Origin: an uncultured bacterium
GTDB lineage: Bacteria > CSSED10-310 > CAZUFC01
Reading direction: 5' to 3'
Length of the DNA stretch: 64,000 nucleotides
Assembly: GCA_964619725.1 (NCBI GenBank)
Contig: CAZUFC010000023.1
Coordinates: 1 to 64,000, forward strand
A model generated the notes under the pieces. The model saw only the letters and a list, made by a program, of their open reading frames with translations, made no database searches and was not told the origin of the DNA. Below are positions 1 through 8,961 of this stretch, in pieces. Both the position numbers and the translations under genes were made by a program. Every line of letters starts with the position of its first letter. Position 1 is the stretch's first letter.

Positions 1-53
1 ATCCGAAGACTGACGCAGTATTGGGGCAAAATTCGCCGTTTATGGACAAAAAC
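1..53. repeat. Right end of a MITE-like dispersed repeat (family B), truncated by the window edge
   Basis: tgacgcagtattggggcaaaattcgccgtttatggacaaaa closely resembles tgatgctgcattcggggacatttgcggtttatggacaaaa at ~60868-60907. Confidence 0.5.
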
Positions 54-56
54 GAA

Positions 57-3000
57 TTAGCGAATTTTTAGCAGGGAGATGTGAAGCGCCGAAGCCAGGA
101 GCAGAATAAGCGCAAGCAAACCTGTGAAGTGCAGTGAGGGAACAGGCGGAATGGTACCAGTGGGAGAGGGGCTTGGTGAAAGAGATGGTGATGGAGCAGG
201 TGTAGAGGAATGGAGTGGAGTGGGAGAGCGAGTAGAGAAGGGAGAGACGGTGGGTGAGGGGGAAAAGGTAGGTTGTGCGGTAGGTGTCAGGGATGGTGAG
301 GGAGTGGTAGTAGGCGTTCTTGTAGGAGATGCCGTAGGCGGGGAGCCGCAGGGGACCCAGCAGACGGAAGTGGTTTCGATGCCGTCATATGGCCATACGA
401 CGGCGTAATAAGTTGTTCCTGGAGCGAAAGAGACGCATCGTGAATCAAAATCGAAAGGGAAAGAGCAATCGTTGCATGAGTCGTCATCGCATGCTGCGAC
501 AACTCCGGGGCACTCATTTTCCCAGACGACGAGGGACCAGTCATGATTGCTGTCGCAGTTGTTGATTCTGAAATACCAGGTTTCCGGCGGAGTGAATTTC
601 CAGACCAGGTCCTGGGCGTCTCCCATATAACCGCAGGGGCCGCAATCGCTGGAGTAGTAATTGGACATGGAGGAGTTGTCTGCGGGCAGGCAGAGGGATT
701 GACTCTGGAGCCAGGCTTGCTGCAGGAAGGAAGTTATGTCGGGAGCGGATTCGCAGGTATTGCCGCCGTTGGGCGGGGTTCCTGAGCCTGTAGGAGTAGG
801 CGAGGGTGAATGAGTCGGAGAGGGAGTGCCGCCGCTGTCGACAACGTTTATTCCGTAATCTTCCACTTCGCCGTACATGGTTGTCCCGCAAGGTGAGAGT
901 GTTGAATAGTATTGGATACGTACTCTCATCCTGGTCATTCCGAGTATAGCGCCGGCGGGCGGTGATATGTTGCCCGTGTAGGGTCCGGTGCCGGTTCCCA
1001 GATCGTAAAATTCGCCGGGATCATCGAAATCCTTATCCTGGTTCCAGTCGACCCAGGCGCCGCAGTCGTCTCCTTCGTAGGCATAACCGTTTGTAACCGT
1101 AATGGGATAATTCTGGCCGATCATCATGTCTGTGGAGAATTGCGAAGTATAATCGTAATAATTATCGCAACCGGTATCGAGGTTGCTGACGGTTCCGGCT
1201 TCAACGCCGCTGATGTATTCGTAGCAGCCGCCTGATGCGGGGCAGTAGGTTGCTTCGGGAGTAGGCGTAATGGTCGGGGTCAGGGTTTCTGTGGGTGTTC
1301 TTGTCGGGGTTTGAGTAGGACCGGTGGGAGTGGCCGTAGCCGTGGGAAGGGGCGTAGGCGAACCTGCAGGACCTGCGTTATAGGCGACCAGGGAGAAGTC
1401 CTGATCAGTAGCGTCGCCCAGATTGGGGATGCCGTCGGAATTGACGTTCGCCGCTTCGATTCTGATCGTGTAGCTGCCGGCGCTTCCTGTTTCGAGGAAC
1501 ACCCCTTCTGTATTGTTTTTGTCGTCGGGGCTGCCGCCGGGTTCAGACCAGCCGTCCGCCCCGAAGTTGTTTCCATAATAGGTATTTCCGTCATAGTAGA
1601 CGATAAGATCGAGATCGTTGTTCCATGCCGGCGTGCTGCCGCCCAGCCCATGACCCGGCGCATCGGTCCATACAAGCATGATGCGCACGGGTTGACCCGG
1701 CGCAACGGCGTTGAAAGACTGTTCCCAATAATCCCCGGTATCGTCGAAAATAACGGGATTGTCGAAATATTCGGGGGGTAAGGAAGGATTCAGGACGGCT
1801 TCCAGCTTCATCCGTCCCCACCCTTGTTTGCTGTCGAAAGGATGCTCCAGAGTTCCTCCGTCCGCATCCAGATGCCCGTACAGATCATGACAAACCGGCA
1901 GAAAAGCCGCTTTGATTAAGGCAGGACTGGGATCGACGCTGAAAAGATTTCGATAATATTCAATGAACAGAGCTACGGAACCGCTGACGTGCGGCGAAGC
2001 CATGCTGGTACCGCATTTCAACCCATACGAATTTGTCGGAACGGATGAATCGACATAGCAGCCGGGCGCGACCATATGCGGGATGGTTCGGCCGTCCAGG
2101 GCCGGGCCATGCGCGGTATTGGAGGATAAATCGTTGATTTCAGGAATCTGTGAACCGTCGTAATTCTGCATCTTGGTCGATCCGATGTTGAAAATGTTTT
2201 TGGCTTCATCAGGCGTCCCCTGGCTCTGAGTTCCCCCGTAACCGTTCATAAAGGAGAGTATGTAGTTTAAAGGCTGGTTTCCCGGGGCATCGGGGTCGGC
2301 GTCGCGAACGCCTATGTCTACCTGCATCGTGTCGTTGTCATATCCTTCCGGATAACCGGAAGGTCCCCAACTGTTGCCTGAAAGCGAAGCCCCGTTGTTG
2401 TACGAATCGGTCATAAGAAGCAGCATGCCGTTCGGTTCCTCGTACCAGGGACTGTAGACCTGTTCCACCAGTTGAGCCCCCGGCGCCATGCCCAGTCCCC
2501 TGAGAAAACCGTAGCTGTCGGTCGTGCCGGAAGAACCGTCAGCCGCCATAATGCCGGCGGTGTGAGTTCCATGACTGCTGCTCGCGCTGCCGCCGCAGGT
2601 GTCGCCAGAGCATGAAATCATGCGGTTGACCAGATCGACATGCGTTTCCTGAATTCCGCTGTCGACATTGGCGATAACGATGCCCGAACCGTCCAGCCCT
2701 AACCCCGAAAGCCAGGACATATATCCCGGATACGCAATGTTGGCCCCGTCCACGTTACCCGCGTTAACCTGATTGCTCATTTCGCTCCGCAAGCCTCCCG
2801 TTTTCGGCCGCAACTGAATGCTGTAAACGCCGGAAATCTCCGATGCCGAACGCAACCTGTCGCCCGGAATCACGAACCCCGCTATTTCGAATACGTCATT
2901 TAATGCGCCCCATCCCAGCGAACGGCCGCCCAGTGCTTCTATCCGTTTTATAGCCCCATCCGTGTCCGCTCCCCTGTACAACAGTACATCAATTTCCACG

Positions 3001-3575
3001 AGCGCCTCTGATAAATGTCTCCAGTGAGGAAGCACGCGATAAGCCGGGTAAAATTCACCTGTCCAGCGAATATACTCCGAAATTCCCGCAACCTTCTTAT
3101 CATCCAGAGGTTCGGACCATACGATGTAAGTGAAAGGGGAAATATACTGGACTACTTCGATATTGTTCGCCTTCAGACTTTTTATCCATTCCGACTTTAC
3201 CGGTCCTGTGAACTGGATCAAACGAAAGTCAGGACCTTTGCGGCGCACAACCTTCCACTCTTCGGGAACAGCCGGCCGGTCATAAAGCGGATCAAAACTC
3301 TGTTCGCCCAGTCGAAGCGTATAGGGGGCTTCCAACAAACTGAATTTTGCTCCAACAGCCTGCATTCGATTATATTCCTCAGTACTTACAACAAGATAAT
3401 GAAAAATACCGTAGTCCACGTCTCTTATCGCATTGATCGATTCGCCGGCATATATTTCTGACCTCATTTTGATCAGATGCTCCTCTGCCGCGCCGACCCG
3501 AATGTCATGAAAAAAAATGAGAGTGAAGACAGCGGCGATAAACATTAAATTTTTATGGAAAAAGGTCGGTTTCAT
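57..3575 (-). CDS. Secreted S8 (subtilisin-like) serine peptidase with GEVED domain, Pro/Thr linkers, Cys-rich domain and VPxL-CTERM-like membrane tail
   Basis: Catalytic motifs ANVDSG, HGTHTAG, GTSMASP; WVDWNQDKDFDD...GEVEDY; signal peptide after MKPTFF (ATG 3575 with GGAG upstream; ORF is open to 3605); C-terminus VPSLHFTGLLALILLLASALHISLLKIR. Confidence 0.9.
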   Translation of the reverse strand: MKPTFFHKNLMFIAAVFTLIFFHDIRVGAAEEHLIKMRSEIYAGESINAIRDVDYGIFHYLVVSTEEYNRMQAVGAKFSLLEAPYTLRLGEQSFDPLYDRPAVPEEWKVVRRKGPDFRLIQFTGPVKSEWIKSLKANNIEVVQYISPFTYIVWSEPLDDKKVAGISEYIRWTGEFYPAYRVLPHWRHLSEALVEIDVLLYRGADTDGAIKRIEALGGRSLGWGALNDVFEIAGFVIPGDRLRSASEISGVYSIQLRPKTGGLRSEMSNQVNAGNVDGANIAYPGYMSWLSGLGLDGSGIVIANVDSGIQETHVDLVNRMISCSGDTCGGSASSSHGTHTAGIMAADGSSGTTDSYGFLRGLGMAPGAQLVEQVYSPWYEEPNGMLLLMTDSYNNGASLSGNSWGPSGYPEGYDNDTMQVDIGVRDADPDAPGNQPLNYILSFMNGYGGTQSQGTPDEAKNIFNIGSTKMQNYDGSQIPEINDLSSNTAHGPALDGRTIPHMVAPGCYVDSSVPTNSYGLKCGTSMASPHVSGSVALFIEYYRNLFSVDPSPALIKAAFLPVCHDLYGHLDADGGTLEHPFDSKQGWGRMKLEAVLNPSLPPEYFDNPVIFDDTGDYWEQSFNAVAPGQPVRIMLVWTDAPGHGLGGSTPAWNNDLDLIVYYDGNTYYGNNFGADGWSEPGGSPDDKNNTEGVFLETGSAGSYTIRIEAANVNSDGIPNLGDATDQDFSLVAYNAGPAGSPTPLPTATATPTGPTQTPTRTPTETLTPTITPTPEATYCPASGGCYEYISGVEAGTVSNLDTGCDNYYDYTSQFSTDMMIGQNYPITVTNGYAYEGDDCGAWVDWNQDKDFDDPGEFYDLGTGTGPYTGNISPPAGAILGMTRMRVRIQYYSTLSPCGTTMYGEVEDYGINVVDSGGTPSPTHSPSPTPTGSGTPPNGGNTCESAPDITSFLQQAWLQSQSLCLPADNSSMSNYYSSDCGPCGYMGDAQDLVWKFTPPETWYFRINNCDSNHDWSLVVWENECPGVVAACDDDSCNDCSFPFDFDSRCVSFAPGTTYYAVVWPYDGIETTSVCWVPCGSPPTASPTRTPTTTPSPSLTPTAQPTFSPSPTVSPFSTRSPTPLHSSTPAPSPSLSPSPSPTGTIPPVPSLHFTGLLALILLLASALHISLLKIR

Positions 3576-3856
3576 CTTTTTCTCCATTCTTTCATCTGAA
3601 GGCATTCAGAAATTTTACCATCGTTTAAAGATCGCGTACGATCATTTTCGAAGACATTTTTTTTCAGGATTCGTGAACGTTTCCTGTAAGTTGCCGTCAT
3701 CCCTACCGTCGAAAATCGGGTTAAATTCGGCAAAGTTCGTCGTTCAACCCTTCCTTTGTTGATTATATTAAGCGTTGAACGCCGAGTCAAAAACCAAGAC
3801 GATAAAGAAAAATGGAATAAGAAATATTCGAAATAAATTGCCTGACCTGTCGCTGA

Positions 3857-4936
3857 TTATACTTGATCGGCTTCTGAATCAAATGTCCAGGCTTTGTCCA
3901 TCTTGAGCATGTCCCAGATGGCCGGCGGATGGAAAAGACGCTTTTGTCCTTCCGGCAGAGGCAGTTCATGGCCGTTATGCGGAATAACGCTTAAATACAG
4001 CGTCTTAAGCAGGTCCGGAATTTGAATATGATCGGCATATAATATGGGGCGAACCCGGGTTTTCGCTAATTCATCCAGCAAACCGGCCGGACGTCTCTCT
4101 TTGTTGCACATGAAAGCGAAATGAACCGGCGTTTGAGGTTTTTCGGCCAGGGATTGGAGATAGTTCAGGAAATATCTGTCGTTGAAGGAAAAGCCTATGA
4201 AAAGCGTCGTATAATGCGCCAGGTGGATATCCAGAATATCAAGCGTCCAGCTTCCCGGTCGGTAAGCGCATTCATAACTTTTTCTGTCCAGAATAAGGGG
4301 TTCCTCCGGCATCAGGTTTTCTTCACCGGATTTGCCGAAAGGAATATATCCATGTATATGATAAACCGGCAATTGCTTCCTTTTCAGGCTTGATCCAGGC
4401 CTGGTCATGGGTTTGAACAGACCCGCCTGATGCTTGATCGTCGCTCCCGCTTCCAGGAACCAGTCATAATTGGCCGTCAGCACGGCTTTAACCTTTGGAT
4501 TCACCTCGAAACAGGGATGCCGCTTTATTTCCCGGACGCTGGAACAGAAGGATATCAGAGCGTTCAACGTTTCGGCGCCGCGCAAATTCTTCTCTTTCAG
4601 TCGTCCGTCAATGTCCAGCGATTCGTTTTCTTTGAGTATCACTTTGCGTATAGACGTTAGAAAATCCTGGTCAGTCTTTGCATGAGCTTTTACTTCCGTG
4701 GCCAAATCCCAGGGGTCAGGATTTTCCGCTTTAAGCGCGGAGAAGGCTTCGCCGGCATCTTTATGACCGTATCCCTTCATTAAATCTAAAAAAATCTGTT
4801 TCAGCAGCGCCGTCCATCCCGGCGCCCGATACCGATCATTACACGTAAAGGATACTCCGGCTCCTGTGAAGATGCATATTTGCTCCTTTGTCCGGTACAG
4901 CGTGATTAGTTCATCTATATCAGCAAAATTTCTCAT
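3857..4936 (-). CDS. SIR2-like (SIR2_2 type) domain protein
   Basis: Motifs IFTGAGVS, LTANYD, VYHIHG, LFIGFSFND. Confidence 0.85.
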   Translation of the reverse strand: MRNFADIDELITLYRTKEQICIFTGAGVSFTCNDRYRAPGWTALLKQIFLDLMKGYGHKDAGEAFSALKAENPDPWDLATEVKAHAKTDQDFLTSIRKVILKENESLDIDGRLKEKNLRGAETLNALISFCSSVREIKRHPCFEVNPKVKAVLTANYDWFLEAGATIKHQAGLFKPMTRPGSSLKRKQLPVYHIHGYIPFGKSGEENLMPEEPLILDRKSYECAYRPGSWTLDILDIHLAHYTTLFIGFSFNDRYFLNYLQSLAEKPQTPVHFAFMCNKERRPAGLLDELAKTRVRPILYADHIQIPDLLKTLYLSVIPHNGHELPLPEGQKRLFHPPAIWDMLKMDKAWTFDSEADQV

Positions 4937-5181
4937 ATTCCCTGCTCCCCCGCCGTCGAAAAATTACCAGTCTTAACCAGCGCTGAATAACAACCGTTCC
5001 GACGGCTATTTTTCAATACTCAAACGATACTCAATAATGAAATAATGCATTTTCACGCATATGACAATTTATTTTCAGAATTCAGGGATGCAGAATATGA
5101 ATATCCAAGTCCTTACGAAGGACTCTGACCCTATTACGACCATGATAATAGTCCGCTGTTCTTTAGAGCTGCCGGCAGAGC

Positions 5182-5669
5182 GGTCCTACAGGTCCGATGG
5201 GACCAGAAGGTGAGGATGGACCTTCTGGACCAACCGGACCTTCAGGTCCCGTAGGCGGTATTGATAGGCAATTTATCTATAACGACGAAGGCGCTCCAGC
5301 GGGAGCAGAAGTCTATTATAAAGTTCTAACGGGCTCAGTTGGCGTGGGAACGAATGATCCCAAGTCGAAGATTCACCGGCACGCATTTTGTCGGACTTAA
5401 AGAACCCAATGCTTCAGATTTATATGATATGCACGGTGACGTTTCTGATGTTGGGACTGGCATACATTTTTGTCGGCGGTGAACCGGTTACCGACCCTAC
5501 TGGTCCGGAAAGCGGTGATTCTCGCGTCCGTCGCGGCGGAGGCAAGCATGATTTACCTGAATTTTGTCGCTCTGCAGAGCGTTCATTCAGTCCGCCTGAT
5601 AGTTGGGCCGGCGATATGGGTTTCCGCCCAGTGAGAACTATTCCGCTAGGATCGAAGAACAGGAAATAG
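5182..5669 (+). pseudogene. Remnant of a collagen-like repeat / tail-fibre-like + FGE-sulfatase (SUMF1) domain gene
   Basis: About 8 G-X-Y triplets then GSVGVGTNDP; after frameshifts THFVGLKEPNASDLYDMHGDV, CWDW and DPTGPESGDSRVRRGGG...CRSA.R...MGFRPVR, matching the FGE C-terminus; in-frame stop at 5164, no N-terminus. Confidence 0.7.
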
Positions 5670-5786
5670 GCTCTTTAAAAATTGTGAACTGAAAGATGTT
5701 GCCTGTTATTCATGGTTTTTCATTGATGTGTCTGAATTGGCGTCGGCTGTTTCACTTTTAAAGATATTGCAGCATGAATGATATTT

Positions 5787-6146
5787 TTAAAATCGGCCCT
5801 GCATGCTCGACAAAAAGAGTATGATAATGATTGCCGACGGCAGATGATCCACAATCATTTTTAATCCTGTTCCAATCTGTGGAACCTTCTGAGCCTCGTC
5901 AACGACGATCAGATCATATCCGCTGAATACGCTTCTGAATTTTTGAATGGATTGCGCTTTGAATATATCCTGCAACGGCATATCTTAGCCTGAGCCGAAA
6001 TAATACCTGCCGGAAAATTCGTCAAGAAATTTCTTGACCAGCGATGTCTTGCCGGATTGTCGCGGACCGAAAATCAGCAACGCTTTACCTTTTTTCAAAA
6101 AACGGGATATTTTGTTTTCATAGTATCTTTCGTACCACTTGTTCAT
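5787..6146 (-). pseudogene. Truncated AAA_14/DUF4143-type ATP-binding protein
   Basis: MNKWYER...GPRQSGKTS (Walker A), in-frame TAA at 5985-5987, then LIVVDEAQ (Walker B); ends after ~120 codons. Confidence 0.8.
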
Positions 6147-6152
6147 GTTTGA

Positions 6153-6181
6153 ATTATGTCATATAAATTTTATTTCGTCAA
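6153..6181 (-). promoter_or_regulatory. Sigma70-like promoter of the AAA_14 remnant, probably leaderless
   Basis: TTGACG-17 bp-CATAAT with TG extension, 6 nt upstream of ATG 6146. Confidence 0.45.
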
Positions 6182-6733
6182 GCGAGTTGTCCCAATTTTT
6201 ATTAATTGGGCAAATAAGGTTGCCTAAATTGTAAAAATTAGGGAAGTTGGCAGCTCCCACATTGACTGATAAAAAATCGTGAAATATTTGACGAAAAAAC
6301 CATGGACGATCAAAAAATCAAGTGAACCAAAGTCCCCCCGCATGCGGGTCCGTTTATTTAATCGAAAATGAAAGCTCTTCAAGATCATTAGTCATCATCT
6401 CTCACAATCTTTCCTTGCTTCCATGGTTCGCATCGAATTTCGATTAAATCAACGCTCTTCTACCGGATTTAGGGGGACTAAAAACTTCACAATTATTATG
6501 CCGAGTTGCACTGCAAGAAAATCACACTTTTTCAATAGCTTGTGACATTCTTGTCAGGAGTTCAGAAATTGCAAAGTCTTCACGTTGCAAATGTATTCAT
6601 CGTCGTGCTTGTGATCGCTGTCGAATTTAGGCATGGTTTTCATTGAGGTGAGATTGGGTTGAATTCGTTTAAGAAATGCAGTAATGGTTTCAGACGGCAG
6701 GTGAGGATGATTTGCGAAGAGGAGGTAAGAGTC

Positions 6734-7801
6734 ATGGACATATCGTTTTTGGAGAAGATATTACGGATACCGAGTCCTTCGGGGATGGAGCAGCGGATTC
6801 AGGATGCTTTGAAAGAGGAGCTGAAGGGAATTGAATGCCGGTTAAGAATGGACCGTCATGGGAACCTGACGGCATCGTCGGGCCCTGAAGGTCCGGGTAT
6901 AGTGATGGATGCGCACTGTGACGAGATCGGTTTCATGGTGCGGTATGTGGATGAGGATGGTTTTGCCTACATTGCGCCGATAGGCGACTGGGAGCCGTCC
7001 GATTTTCTGGGAGCTGCGGCTCTGGTTCTTGATCATATGGGTGAAGTAAAGGAATACGGCATTTTATGCGGGGATACGGAAAAGCCGAAGGAGAAGCGTC
7101 GGGATGAGGATTCGGAGGATGATTCGCCGCTGGTCTGGTTGGACTGCGGGTATGAGAACCGAGGCAAGGCGGGGATATCGGTCGGCGATTACGGGGTATT
7201 GGAGATTGAGCCGAAAAGGATCGGGAATAGGATGCTGTGCGCCAGGGCTTTGGATGACAAGGCCGGACTTTTTTGTGCGCTGGAGGCATTTAAAAAGCTG
7301 GCATCATCAGGCGTTTCAGTGCCGTTGCATCTCGTTTCAAGCGTTCAGGAAGAAGTCGGATACCGGGGCTCTATGACCGCAAGTTATGTTTTGAAGCCGT
7401 TGATCGGCATAGCGGTAGACGTTACGGAAGCCACCGACAGACCGGAGATGAAGAAGGAAAAAGAAGGAGACATAAGACTCGGCGCCGGTCCGGTCATATA
7501 TTCCGGACCCAATATCAGGCCGTATCTTCGGTCTATTCTGATCGATGCCGCCCGGGAAAACGATATTCCCTGCCAGTCGGCTGCAGCGCCGGACATAACA
7601 GAAACCAACGCTTCAGCCATGCAGACCAGCGGCGTCGGAGCCGGAACCGTCTGCATTGAAATACCCCTGCGGTACCTGCATTCTCCGCGAGAATTGATAG
7701 CGATAAAGGACCTCCAATCCTGTATAGATTTGAACGTTCAATTCATTAAAAAACTGATGAAACATTGGAACGACTACAATTTTCGCTTGCTTTGCGGATA
7801 G
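6734..7801 (+). CDS. M42 family metallopeptidase (TET aminopeptidase-like)
   Basis: SPSG.E, DAHCDEIG, LDDKAG, QEEVG, VDVT, YLHSP motifs; GGAGGT RBS before ATG 6734. Confidence 0.9.
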   Translation: MDISFLEKILRIPSPSGMEQRIQDALKEELKGIECRLRMDRHGNLTASSGPEGPGIVMDAHCDEIGFMVRYVDEDGFAYIAPIGDWEPSDFLGAAALVLDHMGEVKEYGILCGDTEKPKEKRRDEDSEDDSPLVWLDCGYENRGKAGISVGDYGVLEIEPKRIGNRMLCARALDDKAGLFCALEAFKKLASSGVSVPLHLVSSVQEEVGYRGSMTASYVLKPLIGIAVDVTEATDRPEMKKEKEGDIRLGAGPVIYSGPNIRPYLRSILIDAARENDIPCQSAAAPDITETNASAMQTSGVGAGTVCIEIPLRYLHSPRELIAIKDLQSCIDLNVQFIKKLMKHWNDYNFRLLCG

Positions 7802-7848
7802 GAAAGTAAGAGGGTTTTATCTCGATCGGCAAGAGAAGGGGTCAACAA

Positions 7849-8265
7849 ATGGAAAAGGAAGAATCCCTGATCGCAGGAAATGCGGCAAAAGACGGAAAGG
7901 ATTTCGATCAATGGTTTGTCGGCGATATCGAAAGATGGATGAAAAACAAAAAAGCGCCATGTCCCGGGCGATTCGGCTTGAGGAACACCAGAATCCTGGA
8001 AGTGAAATGGGGCATTCATCCCGAGGGAGAAAAAAGACCTAACGGCTGGTCTTCATTGACGGAGAAAAAGACGCTGAGCATTCTGATCAGGGGTTGTTTT
8101 ACGATTTACTTCAGACAGGCCGGCCATAAGGCCGCAATTCGAAAGATCACGCTCGAAAATACAGGCGCTTACGTAATCTGGGACGGCGGATTACTGGAAC
8201 ATACCTGGGAAGCGGCTGAGGAATCGGTCGTGCTTTCGGTCAGATGGCGGACGGGAGGCGGCTGA
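7849..8265 (+). CDS. Cupin-like small protein
   Basis: WFVG, EVKWG.HP.GE.R, LSILIRG.F, YVIW..G..HTW.A.EESVVLSVRW pattern typical of a cupin beta-barrel family. Confidence 0.55.
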   Translation: MEKEESLIAGNAAKDGKDFDQWFVGDIERWMKNKKAPCPGRFGLRNTRILEVKWGIHPEGEKRPNGWSSLTEKKTLSILIRGCFTIYFRQAGHKAAIRKITLENTGAYVIWDGGLLEHTWEAAEESVVLSVRWRTGGG

Positions 8266-8271
8266 ACAGGT

Positions 8272-8299
8272 TTGAACAGGTGAGTCGACGTGTTATAAT
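8272..8299 (+). promoter_or_regulatory. Putative sigma70 promoter for the ATPase remnant/NACHT locus
   Basis: TTGAAC-16 bp-TATAAT with TG extended -10. Confidence 0.4.
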
Positions 8300-8350
8300 T
8301 ATAAAAGTGAATGATAAAGCGGAAAGTAACTTCGAAGAGAGAGACGCGTT

Positions 8351-8955
8351 ATGAAATATAAACAATCGAAAACGACAAGCTTGAAGGAAGCGAGCATTTT
8401 GCTTGACGGGCAGCAGCCCTTAATCCCCGGATCGGATGATTATCATCATTTTTATGTTCCTCGTCCCAGTATTGAAAGCAATTTTCAACAGTGCCCAATA
8501 TAAAGGTTTTTCAAAAGCCGGGTTCAAATCAGATAGACCAGCAGGGATTGACCTTTTATAAAGAAGTGATTTCCCGATATATTTCTTTGGAACTATTTGA
8601 TGAAGACGCACTGGTTTCTCTGTTTCGCCTTTCCGCCGGCATAGTTCGCGATATGATACGCAACACTGGAGATGCATGCGCTTATGCCGTTGGATCTGAT
8701 TCGGGCAAGGTCCTTCTGGAACACACCCAAAACGTTTGGTACGAAACTATGAGATATTACAGAAATCAGTTATATTCTGAAGATTATGAGGTGATCAAAA
8801 AAGTCGATGAGGAGCCTTATATTCAAGGTATTAATGAAATACCCAGGCTTCTGCACAGTAAAGCGATTGTTTTTTATCCCAATGCTGAAGGCTGGTACGG
8901 CGTTCATCCTGCGATAAAAAGAATGCTGGGACTCGACGATAACGTATCTGGATGA
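8351..8955 (+). pseudogene. Internally deleted P-loop ATPase (N-terminal 50 aa + C-terminal 154 aa, Walker A/B core missing)
   Basis: 8351-8503 encodes MKYKQSKTTSLKEASILLDGQQPL...FYVPR; 8491-8955 in another frame encodes PNIKV...SAGIVRDM...LL..KAIVFYPNAEGWYGVHP, resembling the ends of a ~440-aa ATPase family. Confidence 0.6.
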
Positions 8956-8961
8956 GCCGAA

